Assembly (NCBI GenBank): GCA_051971635.1
Contig: JBFPLN010000003.1
Coordinates: 512,001 to 576,000 of the forward strand
Source: Candidatus Atelocyanobacterium thalassae
Lineage (GTDB): Bacteria; Cyanobacteriota; Cyanobacteriia; Cyanobacteriales; Microcystaceae
Reading direction: 5' to 3'
Length of the DNA: 64,000 bases
The position numbers and the translations under genes are program-made. Below the pieces are notes generated by a model. It made no database searches. It saw only the letters and a list, made by a program, of their open reading frames with translations, and was not told the DNA's origin. The stretch's first letter is position 1; each line of letters opens with the position of its first letter. This document shows, in pieces, positions 9,763 through 20,974 of this stretch.

Positions 9763-10602
9763 ATGCATTTTGCTAAATACCAAGGTTTAGGTAATGATTT
9801 TATTTTAATTGATAACAGGAGTAGCTCTAATCTTCTATTATCTCCTGAGCAAATATTGAAGATATGTAACCGTCATTTTGGAATTGGAGCTGACGGAGTT
9901 ATCTTCGTTTTACCTGGAAATGAAATTAGCGATTATGGCATGCGTATTTTTAATTCTGATGGCTCGGAACCAGAAATGTGTGGTAACGGAATTCGCTGCT
10001 TAGTCAGTTTTATTAGCACTTTAGAAAACTGTGCAAAAAGTGGTAAAACCTATAGAATAAGTACATTGGCAGGTGTCATGAATGCTGAGCTGCAAACTGA
10101 AACACAAATAAAAGTAGAGATGGGAAATCCTCTATTTTTAAATAAACAAATTCCTACAACTTTAAAAAATAAAAATAATACAGTTATTAATTACCCATTA
10201 GAAATAGAAGAAGAGATTTGGCCAGTGACTTGTATTAATATTGGTAATCCTCATTGTGTCACATTTGTTAAAGATAGTGATTTAATTGACCTGGAAAGAC
10301 TTGGCCCACTATTTGAATATCACTCCGCCTTCCCGGAACGTATCAACACAGAGTTTGTTGAAATTATACGTTCTGATTACTTAAAAATGCGAGTTTGGGA
10401 GAGAGGGGCGGGAGCAACCTTGGCTTGTGGTACCGGGGCTTGTGCATCTGTTGTCGCAGGAGTTGTAGCTAAAAAAACTGAACGAATATGTACTGTCGAA
10501 CTACCTGGAGGCTGTCTTACTATTGAATGGATAGAGGGTAGCGGTAAAGTGTATATGACCGGAAGTGCAGAAAAAGTTTTTGTAGGAGAATATGCCCAAT
10601 AA
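9763..10602 (+). CDS. dapF: Diaminopimelate epimerase
   Basis: KYQGLGNDF, RHFGIGADG, EMCGNG, GNPHCV and ERGAGATLACGTGAC. Confidence 0.97.
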   Translation: MHFAKYQGLGNDFILIDNRSSSNLLLSPEQILKICNRHFGIGADGVIFVLPGNEISDYGMRIFNSDGSEPEMCGNGIRCLVSFISTLENCAKSGKTYRISTLAGVMNAELQTETQIKVEMGNPLFLNKQIPTTLKNKNNTVINYPLEIEEEIWPVTCINIGNPHCVTFVKDSDLIDLERLGPLFEYHSAFPERINTEFVEIIRSDYLKMRVWERGAGATLACGTGACASVVAGVVAKKTERICTVELPGGCLTIEWIEGSGKVYMTGSAEKVFVGEYAQ

Positions 10603-10698
10603 ATTTTATTATGTCAACCTAGTAAACTATTGCTTAATTAAAATAATTGATATTTAAACATTAATCATTTATTTATTTCTAAGACTAAACATCGTTAA

Positions 10699-10749
10699 AT
10701 AAATAGGAATATTAATATTTTTTTAAAAAGTATTAATATTCCTATTTAT
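10699..10749. repeat. 19-bp perfect inverted repeat, extendable by a T/A run; probable dapF terminator
   Basis: ataaataggaatattaata ... tattaatattcctatttat. Confidence 0.8.
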
Positions 10750-10795
10750 ACAAATTTATATAAATATATGAAAAACGCAATTAATTACTCTACAC

Positions 10796-11572
10796 ATGAT
10801 ATTTGTTCACTATTCTAAATTACTAATTATTATCTTTGGTTTATTGATATCAAAAACATCTATACTACTTGCACAAGATAATAATTTTATCAATTCTTTA
10901 TCTCCACCTCAGGCACATCCTTTGCCAATTACTCTACAACGAGTAAATAATCAGCCATATTCAAATAATTATTTGAATAAAATTAAAAGTAATGCCATTG
11001 GATATCTTATATGGTCTAGATTTCCTATAAAAGTCTACATAGATGAGGTAAGCTATCCAAGTGTTTATCAAATATCTACCGAAAAATTAAGGGCTAATCA
11101 GTGGATTAGTAATGTTAGAAAAGCTATCTTTGAATGGAGTATTTATTTACCCATAGTAGAAACTTCCAATGTTAAATTTGCAGAAATTATTATTTCAAGA
11201 AGGGAACCACCATTAAATAATAATAACCTTTCAAAGATGCAAAACTTAAAAAAAATAAAAGCGAAAACTGCACAAACCATTTATACGTTTTATATTCATA
11301 GCGATATATTACTTCATAGAATGACGATAAATATTAGTTCAAATTTAGGAGAGATTTCTACTTTATCTGCGGCACGCCATGAACTAGGACATGGACTTGG
11401 TATTTGGGGACACAGTATGGATAAAAATGATGTTCTTTATTCTTCTTCAACTAATTTACTTACTTCTATCTCTTCAAAAGATATTGATACATTAAAACAA
11501 ATATACAAACGATCTACTCGTATGGGATGGAAAGTACTTAACAATAAAAAATTTAGTTTAATAGGACTATAA
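10796..11572 (+). CDS. Exported Zn metallopeptidase (matrixin/M10-like)
   Basis: Signal peptide, PPQAHPLP, GYLIWSRFPIKVY and zinc motif HELGHGLGIWGHS. Confidence 0.85.
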   Translation: MIFVHYSKLLIIIFGLLISKTSILLAQDNNFINSLSPPQAHPLPITLQRVNNQPYSNNYLNKIKSNAIGYLIWSRFPIKVYIDEVSYPSVYQISTEKLRANQWISNVRKAIFEWSIYLPIVETSNVKFAEIIISRREPPLNNNNLSKMQNLKKIKAKTAQTIYTFYIHSDILLHRMTINISSNLGEISTLSAARHELGHGLGIWGHSMDKNDVLYSSSTNLLTSISSKDIDTLKQIYKRSTRMGWKVLNNKKFSLIGL

Positions 11573-11819
11573 ACTATATGAGTTTTATTTATTCTTAAGA
11601 AAAATCTGTATGCTATAAATACTAGATTGTTTATATCGTTCGATAAACATAATTTTCCTTTAAATAAAAGACTTTTATTTTCTTCTTTACAGTAACTGAT
11701 CTTTACCCGTAAATTTTAAAGCAATTAATCTCTAGACTTAAACTAATATATTTATATTATGGGGCTATCTACATATCTGTAATGGTTTTAAATTGGTGTA
11801 GTTAAATCTAATATTATAT

Positions 11820-12704
11820 TTAACTACACCAATTTAAATTCCATAATGATTCTGCTTTTGCTTTTGTGTATTCTTTTTTTATCCTTTGGTAGTTTCGCTG
11901 TATTTCATTAAGTTTTTCAGAGTATTGATTAATTTTTTTTCTCTGAAAACTTAATTGAGAATCATTGAACTCGATATCAGATAATCTTAAACAAAGTGTA
12001 GATATTTTAACAAAAGATGCCTCTTTACTATTTTTCCCACCTAATTCCACTATTTTAGTATTTACATCTTCTTCTATTTGTAAACTAAGAATATTAGGAT
12101 AACTTTCTGGCAAAAATCTCTTTTCTTCCGATGTTATTTCAAATAAATGAGACGGTAAGTGATTAGATATAATCTTATTTTCTCTCAACTTAGTATTAAT
12201 TTCTTGAGAAAAATTATTTAAAGTTATTTGAATTCCTTGTTCGATATCTCTGCACCATTTAACTAGATCCTCAGGATTTACAGTTTCGGCTATATCGTGT
12301 CTATTTACTTTGCTTGTGAAAAATAGTTTTTCCTTTTTTTCCTGAAACTGTTCCACATTGTTTTCGTTATAAGAGAATAGATTTTTTGATATATTTTTAA
12401 CAACTACCTTTGACTTTATGGCTTGTGGAAAGGTTATATATGATAATAATTCAGACTCAGAGCTTTTGCACAATTCTTTAATTTTTTCCTGAAATTCTTT
12501 TCTTTGATCATTAGATAATCTTAAAAATGACTCAGGATAAATATGAGTGCATATTTGATAGACTGCTAATATTAGCTGCTTGTTTAGTGTAGAACCTAAC
12601 AACTTCAAATAATTTCTATAAATACTATTTAACTCAGTAAGAAGCTGTGTTGATTTTTTCTCTAATTCTTTTTTTTCCTTATTAATTTTTTGAAAAGATT
12701 TCAT
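11820..12704 (-). CDS. Conserved cyanobacterial coiled-coil hypothetical protein
   Basis: 294-aa ORF with KQLILAVYQICTHIYPESFLRLS, LRLSDIEF and C-terminal AKAESLW...W. Confidence 0.75.
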   Translation of the reverse strand: MKSFQKINKEKKELEKKSTQLLTELNSIYRNYLKLLGSTLNKQLILAVYQICTHIYPESFLRLSNDQRKEFQEKIKELCKSSESELLSYITFPQAIKSKVVVKNISKNLFSYNENNVEQFQEKKEKLFFTSKVNRHDIAETVNPEDLVKWCRDIEQGIQITLNNFSQEINTKLRENKIISNHLPSHLFEITSEEKRFLPESYPNILSLQIEEDVNTKIVELGGKNSKEASFVKISTLCLRLSDIEFNDSQLSFQRKKINQYSEKLNEIQRNYQRIKKEYTKAKAESLWNLNWCS

Positions 12705-12744
12705 AATATGCTACGTGCTAGACATCATAAATTAATTTGAATAT

Positions 12745-12784
12745 AAAAAAGACAAAAGTAGGAAAATATTCCTAACTTTTGTCT
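12745..12784 (-). terminator. Rho-independent terminator of rpsB-tsf
   Basis: Minus strand reads agacaaaagttaggaa-tatt-ttcctacttttgtct followed by a T-tract, about 100 nt after the tsf stop. Confidence 0.75.
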
Positions 12785-12881
12785 CATTATTAGACAACCA
12801 TCCTTTAAAAAATTTATTTTCTTGTTACTTTTCTCTGTAAATATCAAGTTTTTACTTAAATAAAGGTTATTTCAGAATAAC

Positions 12882-13547
12882 TTATCCGATACTCTGTCCT
12901 GTCTGCGCAGCAACTTCAGCAGCAAAGTTGGTTTCGCGTTTTTCAATCCCTTCGCCTAAAACAAAACGAGTAAAGCGACGAACTTGAATATTTTCTCCAA
13001 GTTGTGAAATATTTCGTTTCAATAACTCTTCAACTGTAATGTTGGAATCTTTAATAAAAGGTTGATCTAATAAAGAAAGTTCCTTTTGACGCTTATCGAT
13101 CCGCCCTTGTACTATCTTCTCTTTAATATTTTCAGGTTTATTACATAAATCATCCCTTCCCATTTCAATTTCTTTTTCTTTATCGATAATTGCTTTCGGG
13201 ATATGAGATTGATTAACATACTCAACATTAGGACAAGCAGCTATTTGCATAGCAATATCTTGAGCTAGTTCTTTAAACTCATCTCTACGTGCAACGAAAT
13301 CTGTTTCACAGTTAATTTCTACAAGAACGCCCACACGCCCTCCTGTATGTATATAGCTGTGAACCAAACCTTCCGCTGTTTGTCTACCTGATTTTTTCTC
13401 AGCAGAAGTAATTCCTTTTTGTCGTAGCCATTCTGTTGCCTTTTCTATCTCACCTTTATTTTCCTGGAGTGCTTTTTTGCAATCCATCATGCCTGCACCA
13501 GTTTTGTCGCGGAGTTCTTTGACTAGTTTTGCCGAAATTTCAACCAT
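12882..13547 (-). CDS. tsf: Elongation factor Ts
   Basis: [19 protein letters not shown] and [11 protein letters not shown]; short cyanobacterial form downstream of rpsB. Confidence 0.98.
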   Translation of the reverse strand: MVEISAKLVKELRDKTGAGMMDCKKALQENKGEIEKATEWLRQKGITSAEKKSGRQTAEGLVHSYIHTGGRVGVLVEINCETDFVARRDEFKELAQDIAMQIAACPNVEYVNQSHIPKAIIDKEKEIEMGRDDLCNKPENIKEKIVQGRIDKRQKELSLLDQPFIKDSNITVEELLKRNISQLGENIQVRRFTRFVLGEGIEKRETNFAAEVAAQTGQSIG

Positions 13548-13730
13548 TTTAGTTTTTATTTTTACTGTAGATGATCATGACATAAGAGAGGATAACACTA
13601 AGGGCAACGCAAATTAACTTTTTTATATATGAAAAATTAACTAGCTGACTAACCTTAAGAAAAGGTGCCCCAGAGTATTATTAGCTTAATTTTTAGTAAA
13701 AGCTTAGTAGAGTTAAGAAGTTTGAAAATT

Positions 13731-14543
13731 TTAATTTTCTTGTTGCTCTACATTCTCATTTTCTAAATCAGATGCTGTGGAAGTGACTTCTTCGGTTTTC
13801 TCATCGTTGCCTTCTGTAATACTTTCTTCAAAAGTTTCGTAATCATCATTTGCATCTAAGCGATGATGAGAACCTTCGTGTATGGCATCAGCCAATTTTC
13901 CTAGAATTAATTTAATAGAGCGAATTGCATCGTCGTTAGCTGGAATAGGAATATCTGCATAATCAGGATCACAATTTGTATCTAACAAAGAGATCATTGG
14001 GATACCTAACTTTTGACATTCTTGAATAGCATTATATTCACGTCGCTGATCTACAATAACAACAACATCAGGAGGTCTTCTCATTGTCTTAATACCTCCT
14101 AAATATTTTTGCAATTTACCTAATTCTCTTCTTAGTACTGCTCCTTCTTTTTTTGGACGTCTCTCAATTTGCCCATCTTCTTCCATTGCTTCTAATTCTT
14201 TTAAACGCTCAACTCTAGTTTTAATGGTCTCCCAATTGGTAAGCATTCCACCTAACCAACGTTGATTAACATAGTTAGCTCCACAACGAGAAGCTTCTTG
14301 AGCAATAATTCCTGCGGCTTGTCTCTTAGTTCCTACAAACAAAAATCGCTTTCCTTTGTCAGATCCATTGCGAACATATCGATAGGCATCTTCCATCAAT
14401 TGTGCAGTTTGCACTAAATCGATAATATGCACTCCATTACGAGCTGTATAGATGTACTGAGACATCTTGGGGTTCCAACGACGAGTTTGGTGCCCAAAAT
14501 GCACTCCAGATTCTAGTAATTCGGAAAGAGATACTACTGGCAT
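13731..14543 (-). CDS. rpsB: 30S ribosomal protein S2
   Basis: [33 protein letters not shown] and PANDDAIRS. Confidence 0.99.
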   Translation of the reverse strand: MPVVSLSELLESGVHFGHQTRRWNPKMSQYIYTARNGVHIIDLVQTAQLMEDAYRYVRNGSDKGKRFLFVGTKRQAAGIIAQEASRCGANYVNQRWLGGMLTNWETIKTRVERLKELEAMEEDGQIERRPKKEGAVLRRELGKLQKYLGGIKTMRRPPDVVVIVDQRREYNAIQECQKLGIPMISLLDTNCDPDYADIPIPANDDAIRSIKLILGKLADAIHEGSHHRLDANDDYETFEESITEGNDEKTEEVTSTASDLENENVEQQEN

Positions 14544-14560
14544 AATTTATTTTCTCCTAT

Positions 14561-14624
14561 TTCGGGTTAATCCTCCATTCAAATGTATTTCGTTTTAGAA
14601 ACACCCGAAGTCTTGAATGTGCGG
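14561..14624 (-). ncRNA. rpsB (S2) leader, t44-like autoregulatory RNA
   Basis: Minus strand CGCACATTCAAGACTTCGGGTGTTTCTAAAACGAAATACATTTGAATGGAGGATTAACCCGAA. It has a CATTCAA/TTGAATG stem, an inner hairpin, TTCGGGT/ACCCGAA complementarity and the GGAGG..TAACCC signature, just upstream of the AGGAG RBS. Confidence 0.8.
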
Positions 14625-14805
14625 TATTTTAACAACCTTTATAAATTAACATAATTTTGTCTAACTTTAAATTAAATTCTTAATAAGAGTTGTTTTATTA
14701 ATTAGCTAATTACTAGATATAGTTTGTTGTTACTGGATAGAAATATTGAAAAATTATAGCCCTATTAATTTTCTAAATTGGAAATAAAATCATCTCACTA
14801 TTAAC

Positions 14806-16014
14806 CTAAGATTCAGCAAACCAATAAAGTAAATATAACCCCATACATAACCCAACAATATTTGGCAACCAACCAGCAATGAATGGCGAAACAATACCTA
14901 TTAATCCTAAGCTACCAACTAAAAAACCAAGAAGATAGTATATAAATACTACTATAACACTTAAGCCAAATCCTATAGCACGATTTATATATTGAGGACT
15001 TGTCCCTAAAGCAGATCCAATTACTCCAAATACAACACATATGAACGGAAAGGCTATTTTTTGTTGAATTCTGACTTGAAAAGTACGGAGTTTCTGTTCA
15101 TCTTCCATAACCCTTAAAATTTTCATATATTTTTGTGCTTGAAAAATATTCATTTCATAGGGGTCACGCCCTTGTTGAGCAAATTCAAAAGCAGTTTTCG
15201 TCAGAGGCAATTGTCTATGTTTAAAGGAATAAGTATCTTGATAGGATGAATCTGGAGCTAGTTGATAAATAGTGCCATTGAAAAAATCCCAGGTTTCTTC
15301 TTGTCCGTTCCATGTTGCTGAATCTGAAACGACAATACGATTTAATCTCTTTTCGAGCCATTCTAGTACTGTTAAAGTCTCAAGTTTTTGACCATCAAAC
15401 TTCTCTGCGAAAAATAAATGTCTAAGTTGTTTTTCAGTACTTCCATCAGGAAGTACTACTTTTTCATAGTCAGGATAAAAAATATCTTTGTTTTGCCAAT
15501 AGGGTCGTTCTTCCTGAAGATGTTCAACTAGAATACTAGTAACACGATAATTAGCTGCTGGGACTATTAATTCACTAAACATAAAAGTTATTCCTGTCAT
15601 TACTAGACTTACCATAAAAGCAGGTACAACTAAGCGGTAAAGACTGGCTCCACAAACTCTTAGAGCAATTAGTTCACTATCATTACTCAGACGTCCATAA
15701 GTTAATAAAGTACTTAACATCATAGATATAGGCAATGCATAAGCAGTAAATTCTGGAACCTTTAACAGTATTATTTCGAATGCTTGTACTAAAGGTAAAT
15801 TGGACTCTACTACTTTATTCGCTAAATCAGATAAATAACCAATAGCTACTCCAAGTATTGATACCAAACCAACTGAAAAAACTAGTGGTCCTATTAGTTG
15901 TGATAGGATGTAGCGGTCTATCAGACAAAAGGACCAACTATTCTCAACTGGTAATATTTTTAGAAAGTGGCCTAAAAATTTAATAGCTTTCATAAATATT
16001 GTTCGTAGAGGCAT
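14806..16014 (-). CDS. LptF/LptG (YjgP/YjgQ) family LPS export permease
   Basis: LIDRYI, ALPISMMLSTLLTYGRLSNDSELIALR..G.SLYRL and C-terminal AGWLPN, with 3+3 TM helices. Confidence 0.9.
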   Translation of the reverse strand: MPLRTIFMKAIKFLGHFLKILPVENSWSFCLIDRYILSQLIGPLVFSVGLVSILGVAIGYLSDLANKVVESNLPLVQAFEIILLKVPEFTAYALPISMMLSTLLTYGRLSNDSELIALRVCGASLYRLVVPAFMVSLVMTGITFMFSELIVPAANYRVTSILVEHLQEERPYWQNKDIFYPDYEKVVLPDGSTEKQLRHLFFAEKFDGQKLETLTVLEWLEKRLNRIVVSDSATWNGQEETWDFFNGTIYQLAPDSSYQDTYSFKHRQLPLTKTAFEFAQQGRDPYEMNIFQAQKYMKILRVMEDEQKLRTFQVRIQQKIAFPFICVVFGVIGSALGTSPQYINRAIGFGLSVIVVFIYYLLGFLVGSLGLIGIVSPFIAGWLPNIVGLCMGLYLLYWFAES

Positions 16015-16502
16015 AATAAATATTATCCAAGAAAAAAGTTGAGAGATTCATAAAAGTTAATTTTCTCAAATCTGGTCATTAAATTTTTTCATATACATCG
16101 TATATATATTAGAGTTATGAATAATATTAAACCTCTCAAAATCTTAAAAATAGTAATATATAAACTTATTTACAAGAAGTATTTTATCGGCTTTTGATAG
16201 AATATGGTGAAACAAATATTTTTTAAATCAAATCATCTATTTTTTTTTAAGAATATTATAAATGTTATTTAAAAATCATATTAATGTATTTGCATACCAC
16301 AAAAGTTTTGTTTTAGTTGCTAAGGTAATATTATTAGCAGCCGAGTTAAAAATTAAATAGTTTTAATTTATAGAAAATATTCTTATATCAACTTAATAAT
16401 ATTTTATTAAAAAGATAGTCAATAAAATAAAGATAAGCAAAATTAAATAAGTTTTATTTAAAGATTTTAAATAATAATTTTGTTATGGGAAATTAAATCT
16501 AA

Positions 16503-19118
16503 TTAATCTTTTTTCTTTTTATGCGTAGTAGTAGTTTTCTTTTTTGCAGTTCTTTTTACGTTTTTTTTCTTAACAGTTGTTTTCTTGGATAATAGATCTA
16601 AAGCCTTTTCTAAAGTCATAGAATCAATTGTTTCTTTTTCTGATAAGCTTACGTTTATTTTCTTGTGGTTAATATAAATGCCATAAGGTCCTTCATAAAT
16701 GTTGATAGGTTCACTATCTTCAGGATGAAGCCCTAATTCCTTTAGCGGTTTTTTTGCTCTTCTGCCTCTTGTAAGTTTTGGTTGAGATAGTAATTCAAGT
16801 GCTCTATCTAGAGAAATAGTTAATAGATCATCTTCTTTCTTAAGCGATCTGTAATCTTTTCCTTCTTTTCCTTGATCATGTATTATATAAGGTCCAAATC
16901 TTCCTATATTAACCTTAATATTTGCCTGAGTATCTGGATGAGTTCCTAATAGACGAGGTAATGCTAATAACCCTAAAGCTATCTCTAAATTTACAGTTTC
17001 AGGATTGATGTTTTTAGGTAAAGAAGTTCTCTTAGGTTTTTTATTCTCGTCTGTAACTTCTCCTAGTTGCACATATGGGCCGTAACTACCAATTAATAAA
17101 TAGATAGGTTCACGAGTCTCAGGATGTAATCCGATTTTTTCTGGACCTTCAGTTTTTTGCTTTAATAATTTTATAACTTGATCAATATTTAAATCAGATG
17201 GAGTCAAATCTGCCGGGATAGAGGCAGTTATAACTTCTTTATTTTGTTCCACCTCTATATAGGGTCCAAATTTACCGATTTTAATTGTTGTATCTAAATT
17301 ATATAGATTAATAGCTTTAGCTAAACTTGGATTAATTTCGTCAGTACGAACTTTAACCTGAGTATCTAATCCCTTGTCGCCAAGGTAAAATTGTTCCAAA
17401 TAAGGCACCCTTTGTACCTCTCCTGTAGCAATTTCATCCAGTGCCTGTTCCATTTTTGAAGTAAACGTTGGATCTACTAAATCAGGAAAATAAGTTTCTA
17501 ACAGGCTTACGACAGCAAATGCTGTAAAAGTGGGAACTAAGGCCTTGTTACGCATTTGAGAATAACCACGATCACGTATAGTCCCAATGATGCTGGCATA
17601 CGTACTAGGCCGACCAATTCCTTCCTTCTCTAAAACTTTCACTAAAGATGCTTCAGTATATCGTGCAGGCGGTTGAGTTTTATGATTTAATGCATCTATC
17701 TTTTCACATTTTAAAATATCTCCTTTTTGGAGGTATGGAAGTACGACCTCTTGATTCTCTAACATTGTTTCAGGATTATCTGATCCTTCAACATAGGCAC
17801 GAAAAAAGCCTGGAAAATCTACACGTTTTCCATAAGCCCGAAATTCTGCATTTTCTACTTCTATCATGACTGAAATTTGTGTCAATTTTGCATCAGCCAT
17901 CTGACATGCTACAGTTCGCTTCCAAATAAGATCATAAAGAGAAAATGCTTGATCCGATAATTTTGTTTCTTTCGGTGTAAGGAAATTATTGCCCGCTGGA
18001 CGGATAGCTTCATGAGCTTCTTGTGCTCCTTTGCTTGTAGTCGTATATTTACGTGGGCTATTGCTTAAAAATTCTTCTCCATATTTCTGTTTTACACATG
18101 TTCTGGCTGCGTTAATAGCTTCACTAGACAAATTTACAGAATCTGTCCTCATATAAGTAATATATCCTTCCTCATAAAGCTTTTGAGCTATTCGCATAGT
18201 ATCCCGCGCTGAAATACCTAATTTTCTATTAGATTCTTGTTGTAAAGTTGAAGTTGTGAAGGGAGGGGAAGGTTTATTATTAACCTGTTTTTCTTCAACT
18301 TTAACTACACTCCATGGTTTAGCTTTATCTTCTAACTTTTCTTTCAGAATATTAGCTTCTTTCTCGCTAAGAAGAATAACATTTCGGCCAGGAGATATAT
18401 TACCAGTCTTAGGGTTGAAGTCTGAACCAACAGCAACCTTTTTCCTAGAGATACTTATTAATTTAGCTTCAAAAAAAAATTTTTCTTTCTCTATTAAAAC
18501 TTTCAAATTCCAGTATTCACCAGATTCAAAACTAAGACGTTCTCGTTCTTTTTGTACTAATAAACGTACTGCTACTGACTGTACTCTACCAGCAGATAAT
18601 CCCCAAGCAATCTTTTTCCAGAGCAAAGGGGAAAGCGTATAGCCATACAAACGGTCCAATATACGTCTAGTTTCTTGAGCATGAACTAAATTTTCATTAA
18701 TTTCACGACAGTTTTTCAGAGATTTTTCAATTGCATCTCTAGTAATTTCATGAAAAACCATACGCTTAATAGGTACTTTAGGTTTTAAAATTTGTAGTAA
18801 ATGCCAACTGATGCTTTCTCCTTCTCTATCTTCGTCTGTAGCTAATATCAGCTCATCTACACTTTTCAGGGCTGTTTTCAAGCCCTGAACCACCTTCTTT
18901 TTTCCTTTTGGAATAACGTAAATAGGATCAAAATTATTTTCTATATCAACGCCTAAATTTGCCCAGTCCTTACCTTTATAAGAAGCAGGAATTTCACTTG
19001 CTGAGGCTGGAAGATCTCGTACATGACCCATAGAAGCTTCTACCTGATATTCCTTAGGTAAATAGTTTCTTATAGTACGAGCTTTAGTAGGTGATTCAAC
19101 AATAACAAGAGTTGACAT
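16503..19118 (-). CDS. topA: DNA topoisomerase I
   Basis: LVIVESPTKA TOPRIM, ATDEDREGE, SAGRVQS, catalytic GYITYMRTDS, cyanobacterial GxFGPY C-terminal repeats and a Lys-rich tail. Confidence 0.98.
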   Translation of the reverse strand: MSTLVIVESPTKARTIRNYLPKEYQVEASMGHVRDLPASASEIPASYKGKDWANLGVDIENNFDPIYVIPKGKKKVVQGLKTALKSVDELILATDEDREGESISWHLLQILKPKVPIKRMVFHEITRDAIEKSLKNCREINENLVHAQETRRILDRLYGYTLSPLLWKKIAWGLSAGRVQSVAVRLLVQKERERLSFESGEYWNLKVLIEKEKFFFEAKLISISRKKVAVGSDFNPKTGNISPGRNVILLSEKEANILKEKLEDKAKPWSVVKVEEKQVNNKPSPPFTTSTLQQESNRKLGISARDTMRIAQKLYEEGYITYMRTDSVNLSSEAINAARTCVKQKYGEEFLSNSPRKYTTTSKGAQEAHEAIRPAGNNFLTPKETKLSDQAFSLYDLIWKRTVACQMADAKLTQISVMIEVENAEFRAYGKRVDFPGFFRAYVEGSDNPETMLENQEVVLPYLQKGDILKCEKIDALNHKTQPPARYTEASLVKVLEKEGIGRPSTYASIIGTIRDRGYSQMRNKALVPTFTAFAVVSLLETYFPDLVDPTFTSKMEQALDEIATGEVQRVPYLEQFYLGDKGLDTQVKVRTDEINPSLAKAINLYNLDTTIKIGKFGPYIEVEQNKEVITASIPADLTPSDLNIDQVIKLLKQKTEGPEKIGLHPETREPIYLLIGSYGPYVQLGEVTDENKKPKRTSLPKNINPETVNLEIALGLLALPRLLGTHPDTQANIKVNIGRFGPYIIHDQGKEGKDYRSLKKEDDLLTISLDRALELLSQPKLTRGRRAKKPLKELGLHPEDSEPINIYEGPYGIYINHKKINVSLSEKETIDSMTLEKALDLLSKKTTVKKKNVKRTAKKKTTTTHKKKKD

Positions 19119-19374
19119 AATCGTTGTTAATAATCAAACAAATTTAGTAAATGGGACTTCTTAAAATTGAGTTTGTTGCTAAATTATTCTCTGGAATAAT
19201 TCTAACTAATAGAAAGTACCAAGTTTATGTGTAAACATGATTTTTAATCATAAAAAGAAAATTCTTTCGTTAACTACTTTGCGTATCTAATAAAAATTTA
19301 TTTATTATGTACTTAGTAAGTCTAATGGAAATTCTATTAAACCATTATAGATATAGTCAAGCTATGACTTTTTT

Positions 19375-20319
19375 TTAAATCAATATAGACCTTGCTTTAT
19401 AACAATCCTGTTCAATCTGATTTTTTAAAGTTTGTAGAGATGAAAATTTTTGCTCAGAACGTAAAAACTTTTCTAGATAGACAGTTATTATTTTGCCATA
19501 CAAATTACCAGACCAGTCTAATAAATGTACTTCCACTGTTGAACCACCATTAATTGTTGGACGTTTTCCAATGTTGACTACTCCTTTATTAATATTCTTA
19601 TCCTCAAATTCTACGTAAACACAATAGACTCCATCACAAGGTAATAATTTATCAATAGGTAATTTTAAGTTAGCAGTAGGAAATCCAATTGTTCTTCCTA
19701 TCCTTTGTCCAGAAACAACAAGACCTCGCAAGAAATATGAATATCCTAACATTTGCTTAACTTCTGCCATTTTTCCATCTGTCAAGTACTTGCGAATTCT
19801 AGAACTACTAATTCGCAAAGGATTTTTTTTATTAGAATTTAAAAAAGTTTGTAACTTTGTAGTATGAACAGAGATCCCAAATCTTTCTGTGAAATCTTTC
19901 AATAATTCGACTGTCCCTGTTCTTTTACGGCCAAAATAAAAATTTTCTCCAACTGAAATATATTTTACATTTAGCTTATTAACTAAAATGTCTATAATAA
20001 ACTCTAGAGGGCTAAGAGATGCTAAATTCTGATTAAATGGTAATCGAATTAACTGTTCTATTTTAAGAGAGCTTAAGATTTGAATTTTTTCATCTATTGG
20101 TGTTAATAGCTGACGGGATTTTCCAGTAAAAAACTCTTGAGGATGAGGTTCAAAAGTAACTACAGTAGAAGTATACTGATTATCTAATTTTAAAATTGGT
20201 TTGAGAACTTGTCGATGTCCAAGATGAATCCCGTCAAAGTTTCCTAAAGCCACTGCTGTCGGTGTTTTAGCATTATCAATTGAAGGCGGAATCCATACAC
20301 CGAATTTACTGTGTATCAT
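19375..20319 (-). CDS. ribF: Bifunctional riboflavin kinase / FAD synthetase
   Basis: ALGNFDGIHLGH, TFEPHP, ISSSRIR, GRTIGFPTAN, NIGKRPT and VEVHLLD. Confidence 0.96.
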   Translation of the reverse strand: MIHSKFGVWIPPSIDNAKTPTAVALGNFDGIHLGHRQVLKPILKLDNQYTSTVVTFEPHPQEFFTGKSRQLLTPIDEKIQILSSLKIEQLIRLPFNQNLASLSPLEFIIDILVNKLNVKYISVGENFYFGRKRTGTVELLKDFTERFGISVHTTKLQTFLNSNKKNPLRISSSRIRKYLTDGKMAEVKQMLGYSYFLRGLVVSGQRIGRTIGFPTANLKLPIDKLLPCDGVYCVYVEFEDKNINKGVVNIGKRPTINGGSTVEVHLLDWSGNLYGKIITVYLEKFLRSEQKFSSLQTLKNQIEQDCYKARSILI

Positions 20320-20974
20320 TTTGTATCTATATACTTCAGCAGTACTCTTAAACTAACATTTACGGCATCATACTTCAAATATACACTTAATTAACAGTCT
20401 TTTCCATAGTTTATATAATAATAAATATTAATTTATCAAAAGCAATAACATAATAATTATGTTTTGAATAGTATTTAAACCTTATTATTGGCCAATAGTA
20501 ATAATCAATTGATAAATCTTGAAGAATTAAATAATTATGCTCTTATTTTTATAATTTAAAGTTAATTTATGCATTATTTAACCTATTTTTAGACACATAT
20601 TATAGTTTTAAATATTTACCTGATTAAGAATTTTAGTTTTTTACTCTCTACTTTAAGCTTAACTTTTAAGTGCAAGGTGTATGAAAAGCTTAAATAGTCT
20701 ATAAGACTTAAAAAATATAAATATTTTTCTATTAATAACTGTATATCTCGGTAAAAATATTACAAGTTTATAGAACTTATTTATATTTGATAAGTATTAA
20801 TTAATACGAATAAATAGATTGTAAAATTTTCCAATTTTAAGTAAATAATAATTAACTATATGGATAGTTACCATTTTAAACAAATGATAGAGTGCTTAGT
20901 TCTTACAAATATTTAACTCAAATGGCGTTTAATCGCCTACTATATCTAGTGTGATTCTCCAAATTAATAGTAAT

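Noticed and set aside
16503..17300. Repeated GxF/YGPY units and Lys-rich tail in TopA; acidic tail of RpsB; N-terminal extension of FtsZ
   Set aside because: These are normal features of the cyanobacterial orthologues.
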